DNA of 64,000 nt from Alphaproteobacteria bacterium (GTDB lineage: Bacteria; Pseudomonadota; Alphaproteobacteria; SP197), in contig OZ245842.1 of the NCBI GenBank assembly GCA_965228895.1, positions 5,152,001 through 5,216,000 of the forward strand, given 5' to 3'. The notes beneath the pieces were generated by a model that saw only the letters and a program-made list of their open reading frames with translations, was not told the origin of the DNA and did no database searches. The translations under genes and the position numbers were made by a program. Positions within the stretch are counted from its first letter, which is position 1, and every line of letters starts with the position of its first letter. This document shows, piece by piece, positions 8,558 to 18,021 of this stretch.

Positions 8558-9718
8558 ATGGTTCGTTACTGCAAATCTTGCCTGTATCCGGATTCGAAAC
8601 CGGATCTAAGTTTCGATGAAGACGGCGTATGCAGCGCCTGTACGGCTTTTGACGCCCGCACCGAGATCGATTGGGAGGCAAGGCGGCAGGAGTTTCTTGA
8701 CATCGTCGCGCAGTATCGCAGCCGCGATGGCAGTAACTACGACTGCATTGTTCCGGTTTCAGGGGGCAAAGATTCAACCTACCAAGTGTTGCGTCTGCTG
8801 GAAGCTGATCTCAACCCTCTCTGCGTGACCGCCATGACAGATGCGCTGTCGGACATCGGCCGGCGTAACATCGAAAACATCAAGAGCCTTGGCGTTGACC
8901 ATATCGAAGTAACGATGAATCCGGTGATCCGCCGGCGTCTCAACAAGCTTGCGTTAACGCAAGTGGGTGATATCTCGTGGCCGGAGCACGTGACGATCTT
9001 TACGGTGCCCGTCCGTATCGCCGTGCAGCTCGGCATTCGCCTGATTGTATGGGGCGAAAATCCTCAGAACGAATACGGTGGCCCGGCCGCCGCGAGCGAG
9101 CACCAGACCTTAACCCGCCGGTGGCTGGAGGAGTTCGGTGGTCTGCTGGGCCTTCGTGTCAGTGATCTCGTCGAATTGGACGGTATCGAGCGGCGTCACC
9201 TCATCCAGTACGTCTACCCCAGCGACGACGCTCTTTCGGCTGCGGGCGTCACCGGAATTTTTCTGGGCCATTATTTTCCTTGGGATGGCTGGACAAACGC
9301 GCTGTTGGCACAAGCCCATGGTTTCGAGACGCTGCCTCATCTGGTTGAAGGCTCGCTCGCCAACTATGAGAACCTCGACAACCACCAAACCGGCATCCAC
9401 GACTACTTCAAGTTCTTGAAGTTTGGTTTCGGCCGCGCGACAGACATTGCCAATAACCACATTCGGCGTGGCCGTCTGTCGCGTGAGGACGCAGTCAGCA
9501 TCGTCAGGCGCCATGACGGTGCGTTCCCGCGGACCTGCCTGGGCCGGCCTCTCGAAGATATTCTGCGCGAGATCGATATGACGACGGAGGAGTTCCATCG
9601 GGTCTGCGATCAGTTCACCAACAAGCGCATCTTTGTCTGCGGCAACGATGGCCAACCGGTGCGCGACAAAGACGGCAACCTTAGACTTCTTGATGCGAGC
9701 TACGGATCGGACTCATGA
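8558..9718 (+). CDS. N-acetyl sugar amidotransferase (WbuX/PseA family)
   Basis: N-terminal CxxC...CxxC, PP-loop 'YDCIVPVSGGKDS', 'WGENPQNEYGG', 'YFKFLKFGFGRAT'. Confidence 0.92.
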   Translation: MVRYCKSCLYPDSKPDLSFDEDGVCSACTAFDARTEIDWEARRQEFLDIVAQYRSRDGSNYDCIVPVSGGKDSTYQVLRLLEADLNPLCVTAMTDALSDIGRRNIENIKSLGVDHIEVTMNPVIRRRLNKLALTQVGDISWPEHVTIFTVPVRIAVQLGIRLIVWGENPQNEYGGPAAASEHQTLTRRWLEEFGGLLGLRVSDLVELDGIERRHLIQYVYPSDDALSAAGVTGIFLGHYFPWDGWTNALLAQAHGFETLPHLVEGSLANYENLDNHQTGIHDYFKFLKFGFGRATDIANNHIRRGRLSREDAVSIVRRHDGAFPRTCLGRPLEDILREIDMTTEEFHRVCDQFTNKRIFVCGNDGQPVRDKDGNLRLLDASYGSDS

Positions 9719-10335
9719 CGTCCGTCGCCATCGTTGACTACGGTCTTTGCAATCTCGACTCGATAAGGCGTGCGACAGAAGAGTGTGGCGGCCAAGTCCG
9801 GGTTACCGACAAGCCCGACGATTTGGCTGACGCCGAGCGCATCATCCTGCCCGGCGTCGGATCGTTTGCGAAAGCCATGGAGAACCTTCACGCGCGGGGC
9901 TTTGCCGCGGCTCTAACAGAAGCTGTCAAGACGCGTCGGGTCCCGCTGTTGGGTATTTGTCTTGGCATGCACCTGCTTGGAGAAGAAGGCACCGAGGGCG
10001 GTCCATGCCCGGGCCTGGGTCTTTTGCGAGGCAGGATCACGCGCCTTAAACCAGCAAACGGCGCGGGAACCGAACGCGTTCCGCATATCGGCTGGAATGA
10101 TGTGCATCCGGCCGGCGTGTCATCGCTTTTCGACGGCGTTGCGCCCGGTACCGACTTTTACTTCGTGCACGGTTATCGGCTTGAAAGCCCGGCCGAAGAA
10201 ACACTGTGTACCGTCGACTACTGTGGCCAGACCGTTGCCGCCGCCGGCAACGCCCAAGTCATGGCTGTCCAGTTTCACCCGGAAAAAAGTCAGACCGCTG
10301 GTTTCCAGGTGCTGAAGAACTTCCTGATCTCGTGA
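9715..10335 (+). CDS. HisH-like glutamine amidotransferase (WbuY-like)
   Basis: 'LPGVGSF', 'LGICLGM', 'PHIGWN', 'FYFVHGY', 'QFHPEKS'. Confidence 0.93.
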   Translation: MTSVAIVDYGLCNLDSIRRATEECGGQVRVTDKPDDLADAERIILPGVGSFAKAMENLHARGFAAALTEAVKTRRVPLLGICLGMHLLGEEGTEGGPCPGLGLLRGRITRLKPANGAGTERVPHIGWNDVHPAGVSSLFDGVAPGTDFYFVHGYRLESPAEETLCTVDYCGQTVAAAGNAQVMAVQFHPEKSQTAGFQVLKNFLIS

Positions 10336-11094
10336 ATGCTGAAGCACCGCGTCATGCCGACGTTGCTCCTCAAAGAGGTGGGGTTGGTCAAGGGTGTCGC
10401 GTTCGACTCATGGCGGCGGGTCGGTGCGGCCATGCAGACGGTCAAGGTCTACAACATGCGACAGGTCGACGAGCTCGTCTTCCTGGACATCGCCGCGACG
10501 CCGAACGGCAACGCGCCGGACTTTCACCTTATCGACGAACTGGCTGATGCGTGTTTCATGCCCATGACGGTCGGCGGCGGTGTTCGTTCGGTGGATGATA
10601 TGCGGTCGCTGTTGGCCGTTGGCGCGGACAAGGTTGCGATCAACAGCGCGGCTGTTGAAGATCCTTCGCTGATATCCAAAGGCGCTGAAGAGTTCGGTTC
10701 GCAGTGCATCACCGTTTCCATCGATGTGAAGCGACAATCCGATGGCCGCACTGAAGTCGTCACGCGATGCGGTACCCATGAGACAGGCCTCGACCCCGTC
10801 GCGTGGGCACGCGATGTCGAGCAACGGGGTGGCGGCGAGATCCTGTTGGGATCGGTTGACCGGGATGGAACGATGTCCGGCTATGATGTCGACACGATAC
10901 GTGCGGTCAGCGATGCCGTCGGCATTCCGGTTATCGCATCTGGCGGCGCCGGCAGCTTCCAGGATATGGCCGACGCGATCAAGCAGGGCGGTGCTGATGC
11001 GGTCGCCGCTGCCAGCATCTTTCATTTTACCGAAATGACACCGAAAGAAGCCAAGCGTTACCTGCGCGACCAGGGCTTGCCGGTTCGCCTATGA
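10336..11094 (+). CDS. HisF-like cyclase-fold protein (WbuZ-like ammonia channel)
   Basis: 'DELVFLDI', 'VGGGVRS', 'GADKVAINSAA', 'DRDGTMSGYD', 'IASGGAG'; 'PTLLL' in place of canonical 'PCLD'. Confidence 0.92.
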   Translation: MLKHRVMPTLLLKEVGLVKGVAFDSWRRVGAAMQTVKVYNMRQVDELVFLDIAATPNGNAPDFHLIDELADACFMPMTVGGGVRSVDDMRSLLAVGADKVAINSAAVEDPSLISKGAEEFGSQCITVSIDVKRQSDGRTEVVTRCGTHETGLDPVAWARDVEQRGGGEILLGSVDRDGTMSGYDVDTIRAVSDAVGIPVIASGGAGSFQDMADAIKQGGADAVAAASIFHFTEMTPKEAKRYLRDQGLPVRL

Positions 11095-11822
11095 CCGCCG
11101 TGACCGCGATCATCGTCCAGGCCCGGCAGTCGTCGACGCGGCTTCCGGGAAAGGTGTTGTTGCCGCTGGGCGGTCAGACGGTGTTGTGGCATGTCCTGAC
11201 GCGATGCGGTGCTGTGGAAGCTGCCGATCTCGTTTGCTGCGCGATCCCTGAAAACGACATTGGCGGGCCGCTGGAACGGGAGGCCGATCGCGCGGGCGTT
11301 ACGGTCGCCGGCGGTTCCGAACACGACGTCCTCGCGCGCTATCGTGATGCCGCACGCGAAGTCGGTGCTGATGTCGTGATGCGTGTCACCAGCGACTGTC
11401 CCGTCATCGACCCGCACGTGTGCGACAGCGTGCTTGCTGCCCTAGCGGAGGCTGGTGCCGACTACGCATGCAACAACATGCCGCGCACCTGGCCACACGG
11501 CTTGGACTGCGAAGCCTTCACGCGCAGCATCCTCGAACGCGCTGCGGATATCGCGACGGACCCTTACGACCGTGAACATGTGACGCCCTGGTTGCGTCGC
11601 GATCCAGACGTGCGATGTGTCAATGTCGCTGGCCCAGGTGGTGAACTGGCGCATCAACGCTGGACACTCGACTATCCCGAAGATTACGCGTTCTTCGAGG
11701 CGCTCATGCCTCACCTGTCATCACGGTCACGCATGGCAGGCCATGCCGAGATCGCCGCGATTATTGAGGCGCATCCCGAGATTGCGGCGTTGAACGCCGG
11801 GCGCCGGATCGACGCTGCCTAA
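11091..11822 (+). CDS. pseF: SpsF/PseF-type cytidylyltransferase (CMP-pseudaminate synthetase candidate)
   Basis: 'IVQARQSSTRLPGKVL', 'GSEHDVLARY', 'RVTSDCP', 'REHVTP', 'WTLDYPED'. Confidence 0.8.
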   Translation: MTAVTAIIVQARQSSTRLPGKVLLPLGGQTVLWHVLTRCGAVEAADLVCCAIPENDIGGPLEREADRAGVTVAGGSEHDVLARYRDAAREVGADVVMRVTSDCPVIDPHVCDSVLAALAEAGADYACNNMPRTWPHGLDCEAFTRSILERAADIATDPYDREHVTPWLRRDPDVRCVNVAGPGGELAHQRWTLDYPEDYAFFEALMPHLSSRSRMAGHAEIAAIIEAHPEIAALNAGRRIDAA

Positions 11823-11833
11823 GGGACCTAACG

Positions 11834-12472
11834 TTGACTGACCCAATTCCTGAGACCGATCAGCTAAAGTTCTGGCGCGGCGAATTCGGCAACAATTATA
11901 CCGATCGCAATGCCAACACACAGGCGGAGATTCAAGCGCGTGTTGCGCTGTGGTCGACAATCATGGCGCGTCTTGTTGGCGCGCCGCCACAGAGCATCCT
12001 CGAGGTCGGGGCCAACATCGGCAACAACCTGCGGGCATTGCGGCAGCTCACGTCCGCGACATTCTTGGCGGTCGAGCCCAACGAAAAAGCACGGCAGACC
12101 CTGGTCGACGACGGCGTGGTGGACGCGAAGAACGTGCGCGGTGGATTCGCTGCGGCCATCGACTTGCCGACCGCTTCCGTGGATCTTGTCTTCACCAGCG
12201 GCGTACTCATCCATATTCATCCCGACGACCTCGCCGTATCATGCGCCGAGATCCATCGCGTCTGCCGACGTTATCTCTGCTGCGTCGAATATTTCGCCGA
12301 TAAGCCGGAGGAGCTCAGCTATCGCGGCCATAGCGAGCGCCTTTTCAAACGAGACTTCGGTGCCATGTGGCTCGACAATCACGATGACCTGCAGGTGGTC
12401 GACTACGGTTTTGTTTGGAAACCCATGACCGGTCTGGACAACCTGACCTGGTGGCTTTTCGAGAAACGCTAG
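11834..12472 (+). CDS. Pseudaminic acid biosynthesis-associated methylase
   Basis: 'FWRGEFGNNYTDRN', 'LEVGANIGNNL', 'FTSGVLIHIHP', 'YRGHSERLFKRDF'. Confidence 0.92.
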   Translation: MTDPIPETDQLKFWRGEFGNNYTDRNANTQAEIQARVALWSTIMARLVGAPPQSILEVGANIGNNLRALRQLTSATFLAVEPNEKARQTLVDDGVVDAKNVRGGFAAAIDLPTASVDLVFTSGVLIHIHPDDLAVSCAEIHRVCRRYLCCVEYFADKPEELSYRGHSERLFKRDFGAMWLDNHDDLQVVDYGFVWKPMTGLDNLTWWLFEKR

Positions 12473-12476
12473 CGAC

Positions 12477-13910
12477 ATGAGACATGCCGTCTTTCGCTGC
12501 CGCGCTGGCGCCCATATTGGCGGTGGTCATGTCGTGCGGTGTCTGGCTCTGGCCGACAGACTCGTGACGCTAGGCTGGCGCTGCAGCTTCGCGGTCAACA
12601 AGGAAGCTGTCGCTACGGTTGGTTCTCTGACGTCGGCATCCCTTGCGATCCATGATCTCGACGATTTTGACGGTGCCGACTTGTTGGTGATCGACGATTA
12701 CGACGCCGACGCTGTTACCGAGAGTAGCTTGCGCGATCGTGCCCGGCAGATCGTCTGTATCGATGATCTCGCAGATCGACCGCATCAATGTGATGTGCTG
12801 CTGGATCCAACGCTCGAGCGAACGAGCGACGACTATCAAGGTCTTGTGCAATCGTCTTGCCGCATGTTGCTGGGCCCAGACTACGCCCTGGTGCGCGAAG
12901 AGTTCACAGTGCGCCGCCACCAGGCGCTCGAGCGCGACGTCGGTGAAGTGCGTCGTGTCCTCGTAGCCCCAGGCCAGGTTGATCAGGCTGATCTTGCCGG
13001 TTTGGCGGTTGCCGCGGTCCGACAGGTCTTGCCCGATGCCGCCATCGATGTCGTGCTTGGCCAATCGGCGCCACACCGCCGGCGCGTTGCGGATCTGGCA
13101 GATGACAACGTAACCCTGCATGTCGATCTGGATGGTGCCGGCGTTGCCGATTTGATGACACGTGCTGATTTGGCGATCGGCGCCGGTGGCGGGGGGACGT
13201 GGGAACGATGTGTGCTCGGACTGCCGACGGTCGTTGTGGTGGTCGCGGACAACCAGGCGGGTATAGCGGCCGGCTTGGAACGAGCCGGCGCCGCCGTGGT
13301 AGCGGGCCGAATGGATGACGTCGATGCCGCCCGTTTGGGTGAACTGGTCGCCGGGATTGCCGGTCAACCACAAACACTTAGGCGAATCACCGAGAAGGCG
13401 GCTGCCCTGTGCGACGGTCGCGGCGTCTTCAGAACTGCGGTGGCAATAGTGCCGCATCTCGTTGCGGCCAACGATCATCATGTTCGGTTACGCGCGGCCG
13501 AGTTTGATGATTGCGCCCAGATGTATGATTGGCAGCGAGATCCGGATACAAGGCGCCACGCGCGCAACACCGACGTGCCGACCTGGCCTGAGCATCAGGC
13601 GTGGTTGCGTGGGAAGCTAGAAGACGAAAACTGCCTGTTCACGATTATCGAGCGCGATCAAGAGGCAGCCGGCGTGTTGCGGCTCGATCGGCGAGACGAC
13701 AGTTTCGAGGTTTCGATTGTTGTTGCGCCCGAGCACCGCGCTACCGGTGTAGGTGCAGCGGCCCTTCGGCTTGGACGCGACCTTGTGCCTGGTCACGCGT
13801 TGACCGCCTATGTCAAACCCCAGAACAAAGCGTCAGAACGGCTGTTTCGCCAGGCCGGGTATGAAGTCGACGGCGACGGCCTCTACCGCCAACTCCCCGA
13901 GGCGGCTTAG
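12477..13910 (+). CDS. pseG: Bifunctional PseG nucleotidase fused to PseH-like GNAT N-acetyltransferase
   Basis: N-terminal 'IGGGHVVRCLALA', 'IDDLADR', 'AIGAGGGGTWERC', 'ADNQ'; C-terminal GNAT ('EHQAW', 'G.GAAAL', 'N.ASERLF..AGY'). Confidence 0.9.
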   Translation: MRHAVFRCRAGAHIGGGHVVRCLALADRLVTLGWRCSFAVNKEAVATVGSLTSASLAIHDLDDFDGADLLVIDDYDADAVTESSLRDRARQIVCIDDLADRPHQCDVLLDPTLERTSDDYQGLVQSSCRMLLGPDYALVREEFTVRRHQALERDVGEVRRVLVAPGQVDQADLAGLAVAAVRQVLPDAAIDVVLGQSAPHRRRVADLADDNVTLHVDLDGAGVADLMTRADLAIGAGGGGTWERCVLGLPTVVVVVADNQAGIAAGLERAGAAVVAGRMDDVDAARLGELVAGIAGQPQTLRRITEKAAALCDGRGVFRTAVAIVPHLVAANDHHVRLRAAEFDDCAQMYDWQRDPDTRRHARNTDVPTWPEHQAWLRGKLEDENCLFTIIERDQEAAGVLRLDRRDDSFEVSIVVAPEHRATGVGAAALRLGRDLVPGHALTAYVKPQNKASERLFRQAGYEVDGDGLYRQLPEAA

Positions 13911-13915
13911 GACGC

Positions 13916-14989
13916 ATGGGACGTCAGGACCTTAACATCGCGGGACGACCGATCGGCCCCGGCCATCCGCCCTTTGTTATCGCGGAACTGTCCGGCAACC
14001 ATAACGGCAGCCTTGACCGCGCCATCGGGCTGGTCGAGGCCGCGGCAGCCGCCGGTGCGGACGCCGTTAAACTCCAGACCTATACGGCCGACACCATCAC
14101 AATCGACCATGATGGGCCGGAGTTCCGACTGACCGAGGGGCTTTGGGCCGGCCGCACGCTTCACGAGCTTTATCAGGAAGCCCATACGCCCTGGGAATGG
14201 CATGAGACCTTGTTTCGGCGTGGCCGTGACCTCGGGCTCATCGTGTTCAGCTCGCCGTTCGATCCAACGGCTATCGATTTTCTCGAAGCGCTCGATGCGC
14301 CCGCCTACAAGATCGCCTCGTTCGAGATTGTCGACCTTCCGTTGATAAGACATGCAGCGCGAACCGGAAAACCGTTGATCGTCTCAACCGGTATGGCGCG
14401 GCTCGACGAGATTGACGAAGCGATTGGGGCGGCGCGCGATGAAGGCAACGACAACATCGCGTTGCTGCATTGCGTCAGCGGCTATCCGACGCCGACAGAC
14501 GAGGCGAACCTAAGCACCATCGCCGATCTCGCCGAACGGTTCGATGTCACAGTCGGTCTTTCGGATCATACGCTGGGGATTGTTGTGCCCATTTGTGCCG
14601 TCAGCCTGGGTGCGACGATCATCGAAAAACACATGACCGGCGCGCGTGCCGATGGCGGTCCCGATGCGGCGTTCTCGCTTGAACCCGACGAGTTCAAGGC
14701 TCTGACGAAAGGGTGCCGCACGGCCTTTGGCGCGATCGGCACGGTCGACTATGACCTGAAGCCGAGCGAAGCGGATAACGTCATGCTAAGGCGCTCGCTT
14801 TACGCCGTCGATGATGTCGCCGAGGGCGAGGTCTTCACGGCGGAAAATGTACGCTCCATCCGTCCCGGCTTCGGTCTACAGCCCAAGTTTATGCCATTGG
14901 TGTTGGGCCGGCGGGCGACGGGTCCGATCCCGCGTGGGACCGCACTGCAAGAAGATCACGTTTCAGGACTGAGTGCGGATGCCAAGTAA
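13916..14989 (+). CDS. pseI: Pseudaminic acid synthase
   Basis: 'IAELSGNHNGSL', 'KLQTYTADTIT', 'AHTPWEWH', 'YKIASFE', 'GLSDHT', 'IEKH', SAF tail 'RRSLY...IRPGFG'. Confidence 0.96.
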   Translation: MGRQDLNIAGRPIGPGHPPFVIAELSGNHNGSLDRAIGLVEAAAAAGADAVKLQTYTADTITIDHDGPEFRLTEGLWAGRTLHELYQEAHTPWEWHETLFRRGRDLGLIVFSSPFDPTAIDFLEALDAPAYKIASFEIVDLPLIRHAARTGKPLIVSTGMARLDEIDEAIGAARDEGNDNIALLHCVSGYPTPTDEANLSTIADLAERFDVTVGLSDHTLGIVVPICAVSLGATIIEKHMTGARADGGPDAAFSLEPDEFKALTKGCRTAFGAIGTVDYDLKPSEADNVMLRRSLYAVDDVAEGEVFTAENVRSIRPGFGLQPKFMPLVLGRRATGPIPRGTALQEDHVSGLSADAK

Positions 14990-16268
14990 GCTTGCCTTGT
15001 TCGGCGGCGCGCCGGCCATCGATTACGAACTCAAACCCTATCGCACGATAGGCGAGGAAGAGCGCACGGCCGTCGACCAGGTCATGAAGACCGGCGAGCT
15101 CTCCGGTTTTGTCGGCGCATGGTGCGACGCCTTCAACGGCGGCCCGCAGGTTCAGGCGTTCGAAGCCGCCTGGCAGGAGAAATTCGGCGTACGCCATGCC
15201 ATATCGGTCAACTCGAACACATCCGGTTTGTTCGCCGCCATGGGCGCCATCGGGCTCGGGCCCGGCGACGAGGTGATTGTTCCGCCCTATACCATGTCGG
15301 CAACGGTCATGGCGCCGTTGATCTATGGCGGCATTCCGGTGTTTGTCGATATCGAGCCCGAAACCTTCTGTCTTGATATCGACCTCGTACGTCAGGCGAT
15401 CACACCGCGCACGCGTGCCATCTTGGTCGTCAACCTGTTCGGCCATCCCGCTGAACTGCATGGGCTGCGCGAACTCGCCGATGATCGGGGCATCGTGCTG
15501 ATCGAGGATAACGCCCAGGCTCCACTGGCGACCGAAGACGGAGTTATGACTGGCACGATCGGGCATATCGGCGTTTTCAGTCTGAACTACCACAAGCACT
15601 TTCACACCGGCGAAGGCGGCGTGTGCACGACCGACGACGACGACCTTGCCCAGCGGCTGAGGCTGATTCGCAATCATGGTGAAAACGTTGTCGAGCCGCT
15701 GGCGATCGACGATGCCACCAACCTGATCGGCTTCAACTATCGCCTGACGGAGTTGAGTGCGGCGGTCGGCATTGAACAGCTCAAGAAGGCCGATGCTCTC
15801 GTGTCCGGCCGCGAGTCCGTTTCGCTGCGCTTGTCGGACGGCGTACGCGGACTTCCCGGTCTAACGCCGCCTGCAGTCCGCGACGGTTGCCGCCATGTCT
15901 TCTATCACTGGGGCGCACGCTACGACGAGAGCGCCACAGGTGTTTCCAGGGAGACGGTGGCGCGCGCCTTGGCGGCGGAAGGCGTTCCGGTTTGGCAGGG
16001 TTATGTGGCGCCGCTCTACATGCTTCCAGTCTTTCAGCGGCGCCATGCCATCGGTCGGGACGGCTTTCCGTTCACCTTGACCGACCGACAATACGACCGC
16101 GGCCTCTGTCCAGTCGCCGAGCGATGTCACGAACGCGAGCTGTTGGAGTTCGCCGTTTGCGTGTTCGACATGTCGGATGCCGAAACAAACGCCGTTATCA
16201 ATGCGTTCCAAAAGGTCTTTGAGAACTTGTCTGATCTCTCCAATCTGGCCAGTGAGAAGGCGAGTTGA
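14979..16268 (+). CDS. DegT/DnrJ/EryC1/StrS PLP aminotransferase
   Basis: 'GPGDEVIVPPYTMSAT', 'IEDNAQA', 'FSLNYHKHFHTGEGG', 'RNHGE', 'GFNYRLTE'. Confidence 0.93.
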   Translation: MPSKLALFGGAPAIDYELKPYRTIGEEERTAVDQVMKTGELSGFVGAWCDAFNGGPQVQAFEAAWQEKFGVRHAISVNSNTSGLFAAMGAIGLGPGDEVIVPPYTMSATVMAPLIYGGIPVFVDIEPETFCLDIDLVRQAITPRTRAILVVNLFGHPAELHGLRELADDRGIVLIEDNAQAPLATEDGVMTGTIGHIGVFSLNYHKHFHTGEGGVCTTDDDDLAQRLRLIRNHGENVVEPLAIDDATNLIGFNYRLTELSAAVGIEQLKKADALVSGRESVSLRLSDGVRGLPGLTPPAVRDGCRHVFYHWGARYDESATGVSRETVARALAAEGVPVWQGYVAPLYMLPVFQRRHAIGRDGFPFTLTDRQYDRGLCPVAERCHERELLEFAVCVFDMSDAETNAVINAFQKVFENLSDLSNLASEKAS

Positions 16269-17029
16269 CCATGAGCCTGCGGATCATCGCAACGATTGAA
16301 GCACGCATGACGTCGTCGCGCCTGCCCGGCAAGGTGCTTATGCCGGCGGCAGGCCAGCCGCTGCTGGAGATTCTGCTACAACGTCTCGGGAAGACACCGA
16401 GCCTGGATGGCATCGTCATCGCGACAACCACCAACGAAGCCGACGATCCGATTGCGGCACTGGGCGACAGGATGGGCGTCGGCGTCTTTCGCGGTAGCGA
16501 GGACGATGTCCTCGGGCGTGTATGCGGGGCTCTGCGTTCGGCCCAAGCCGATATCTGTGTCGAGATTACCGGCGATTGTCCCTTGATCGATCCGGTGATT
16601 GTGCAGGAGGCGATCGACGCATTTCTCGAGACGTCGGACACCCACCCTTATGTCAGCAACTCCGATCCTTATCGCGCGGTGCCGGCAGGGTTGGACGTGC
16701 AGGTCTTCTTTGCCGAGGCACTTTATGATCTGGCATCGCAAACGACTGATCCGGCCGACAGGGAGCATGTTTCGCTGGGCTTCTACCGACCCGACAGCAA
16801 AGACAAATGGCGCCCCCGCTTTATCAGCCACGCATCATGCCGGGGCGCCCAAGACCTTCTCGTCACGCTCGACTACGCCGAAGACTATGAGCTCATTCGC
16901 CGCTTGCACGAAGCACTCAGTGTCGATGAACCGGATTATGGCGCCCATCAGATCGTTGACTGGATCCGCAGGCATCCCCGCCTTCAGGCGGCATGCCGGC
17001 AATGCCGGGCGCTCGAGCTGGCCTCATGA
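16265..17029 (+). CDS. Second SpsF-type cytidylyltransferase
   Basis: 'IEARMTSSRLPGKVL', 'FRGSEDDVLGRV', 'EITGDCPLIDP', 'TLDYAEDY'. Confidence 0.88.
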   Translation: MTMSLRIIATIEARMTSSRLPGKVLMPAAGQPLLEILLQRLGKTPSLDGIVIATTTNEADDPIAALGDRMGVGVFRGSEDDVLGRVCGALRSAQADICVEITGDCPLIDPVIVQEAIDAFLETSDTHPYVSNSDPYRAVPAGLDVQVFFAEALYDLASQTTDPADREHVSLGFYRPDSKDKWRPRFISHASCRGAQDLLVTLDYAEDYELIRRLHEALSVDEPDYGAHQIVDWIRRHPRLQAACRQCRALELAS

Positions 17030-18021
17030 ACGATCCGCTGATTGTTGGCGTCATGGGCGCCGGGCGAATGGCGCAAGGTTATGATAGCCCGGGCGACAAG
17101 AACATCTTGAGCCATGCCCATGCAATCCAGGCACATCCAAGACTTAGCCTGGGTGGATTCTTCGACTGCAATGAGAGCCGCGCCGCCTCGGCGGAAGATC
17201 GGTGGGATGCGCCCGCTACACCGCGCGACAGATCGGCATGGCTCGGTCAGCCATGGGATGTCGTCTGTATCGCGACGCCCGATGATCAGCACGCTCAGGA
17301 CTTGTCGGATGTTCTCGATCGGCGACCGCGTGCGGTGGTGGTGGAGAAGCCGCTGGCGACAGACCCCGATCAAGCCGAGCGTTTGCTGGAACGCGCCAGC
17401 GACGATGGCATCCCCGTTCTTGTCGATTTTCCGCGCCGCTATCACACCGGTGTCGCCGCGGTGGGAGAGCTGATCAGCGACGGGCACCTCGGCGATCCAC
17501 TGGCTGGATCTTTTGTCTTCTCCGGCACGCCGGCTCACGCGGCGATCCACATGCTGGATCTGTTTCATAGCTGGTGGGGCGGTGGATGGTCGCCACGGCC
17601 GATGGGCAGCGGATGCGACAGCGCAACCATCGAATTCGATCGTGATGGCAAAGCGGTCACGATCAACTTCACTTCGCTGCCGAGCGATCACCACTATGTG
17701 TGGGAGATGCACGTTTACTGTGAGCGCGGAAAAATAGCGCTGGCGTCGAGCCCGGAAGTCCTGTCGGTGGAACTGACCGGAAAACACCCGGTCTATACGG
17801 CTGTTGACGTGCTGGCGCCGCAGATGCGGTTTGACATGGAGAATGAGCCACTTCTGACCGGCCTGATGAACGCGGTTGTGGAAGCTGTCGAGACGCCGGA
17901 AAAAATTGGATTGCTGTTGGATCGGGAAATCGGCAGTCAGCGGTTCAGTGGAAGCGTGCTGCGCCTGCTGCGGTCGGCCGAAATCCATGTCGTTGATGCG
18001 GCGTCGCGATGCCGGGCCTAG
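17026..18021 (+). CDS. Gfo/Idh/MocA family NAD(P)-dependent oxidoreductase
   Basis: 'GVMGAGRMA', 'IATPDDQH', 'VEKPLA', 'PRRY', 'HMLDL'; ATGA overlap with upstream gene. Confidence 0.88.
   Translation: MNDPLIVGVMGAGRMAQGYDSPGDKNILSHAHAIQAHPRLSLGGFFDCNESRAASAEDRWDAPATPRDRSAWLGQPWDVVCIATPDDQHAQDLSDVLDRRPRAVVVEKPLATDPDQAERLLERASDDGIPVLVDFPRRYHTGVAAVGELISDGHLGDPLAGSFVFSGTPAHAAIHMLDLFHSWWGGGWSPRPMGSGCDSATIEFDRDGKAVTINFTSLPSDHHYVWEMHVYCERGKIALASSPEVLSVELTGKHPVYTAVDVLAPQMRFDMENEPLLTGLMNAVVEAVETPEKIGLLLDREIGSQRFSGSVLRLLRSAEIHVVDAASRCRA

Noticed and set aside
9715-11094. hisH/hisF as histidine biosynthesis genes
   Set aside because: They are coupled to a WbuX-type amidotransferase inside the pse cluster, the HisF lacks the canonical N-terminal catalytic Asp motif, and no other his genes are present.
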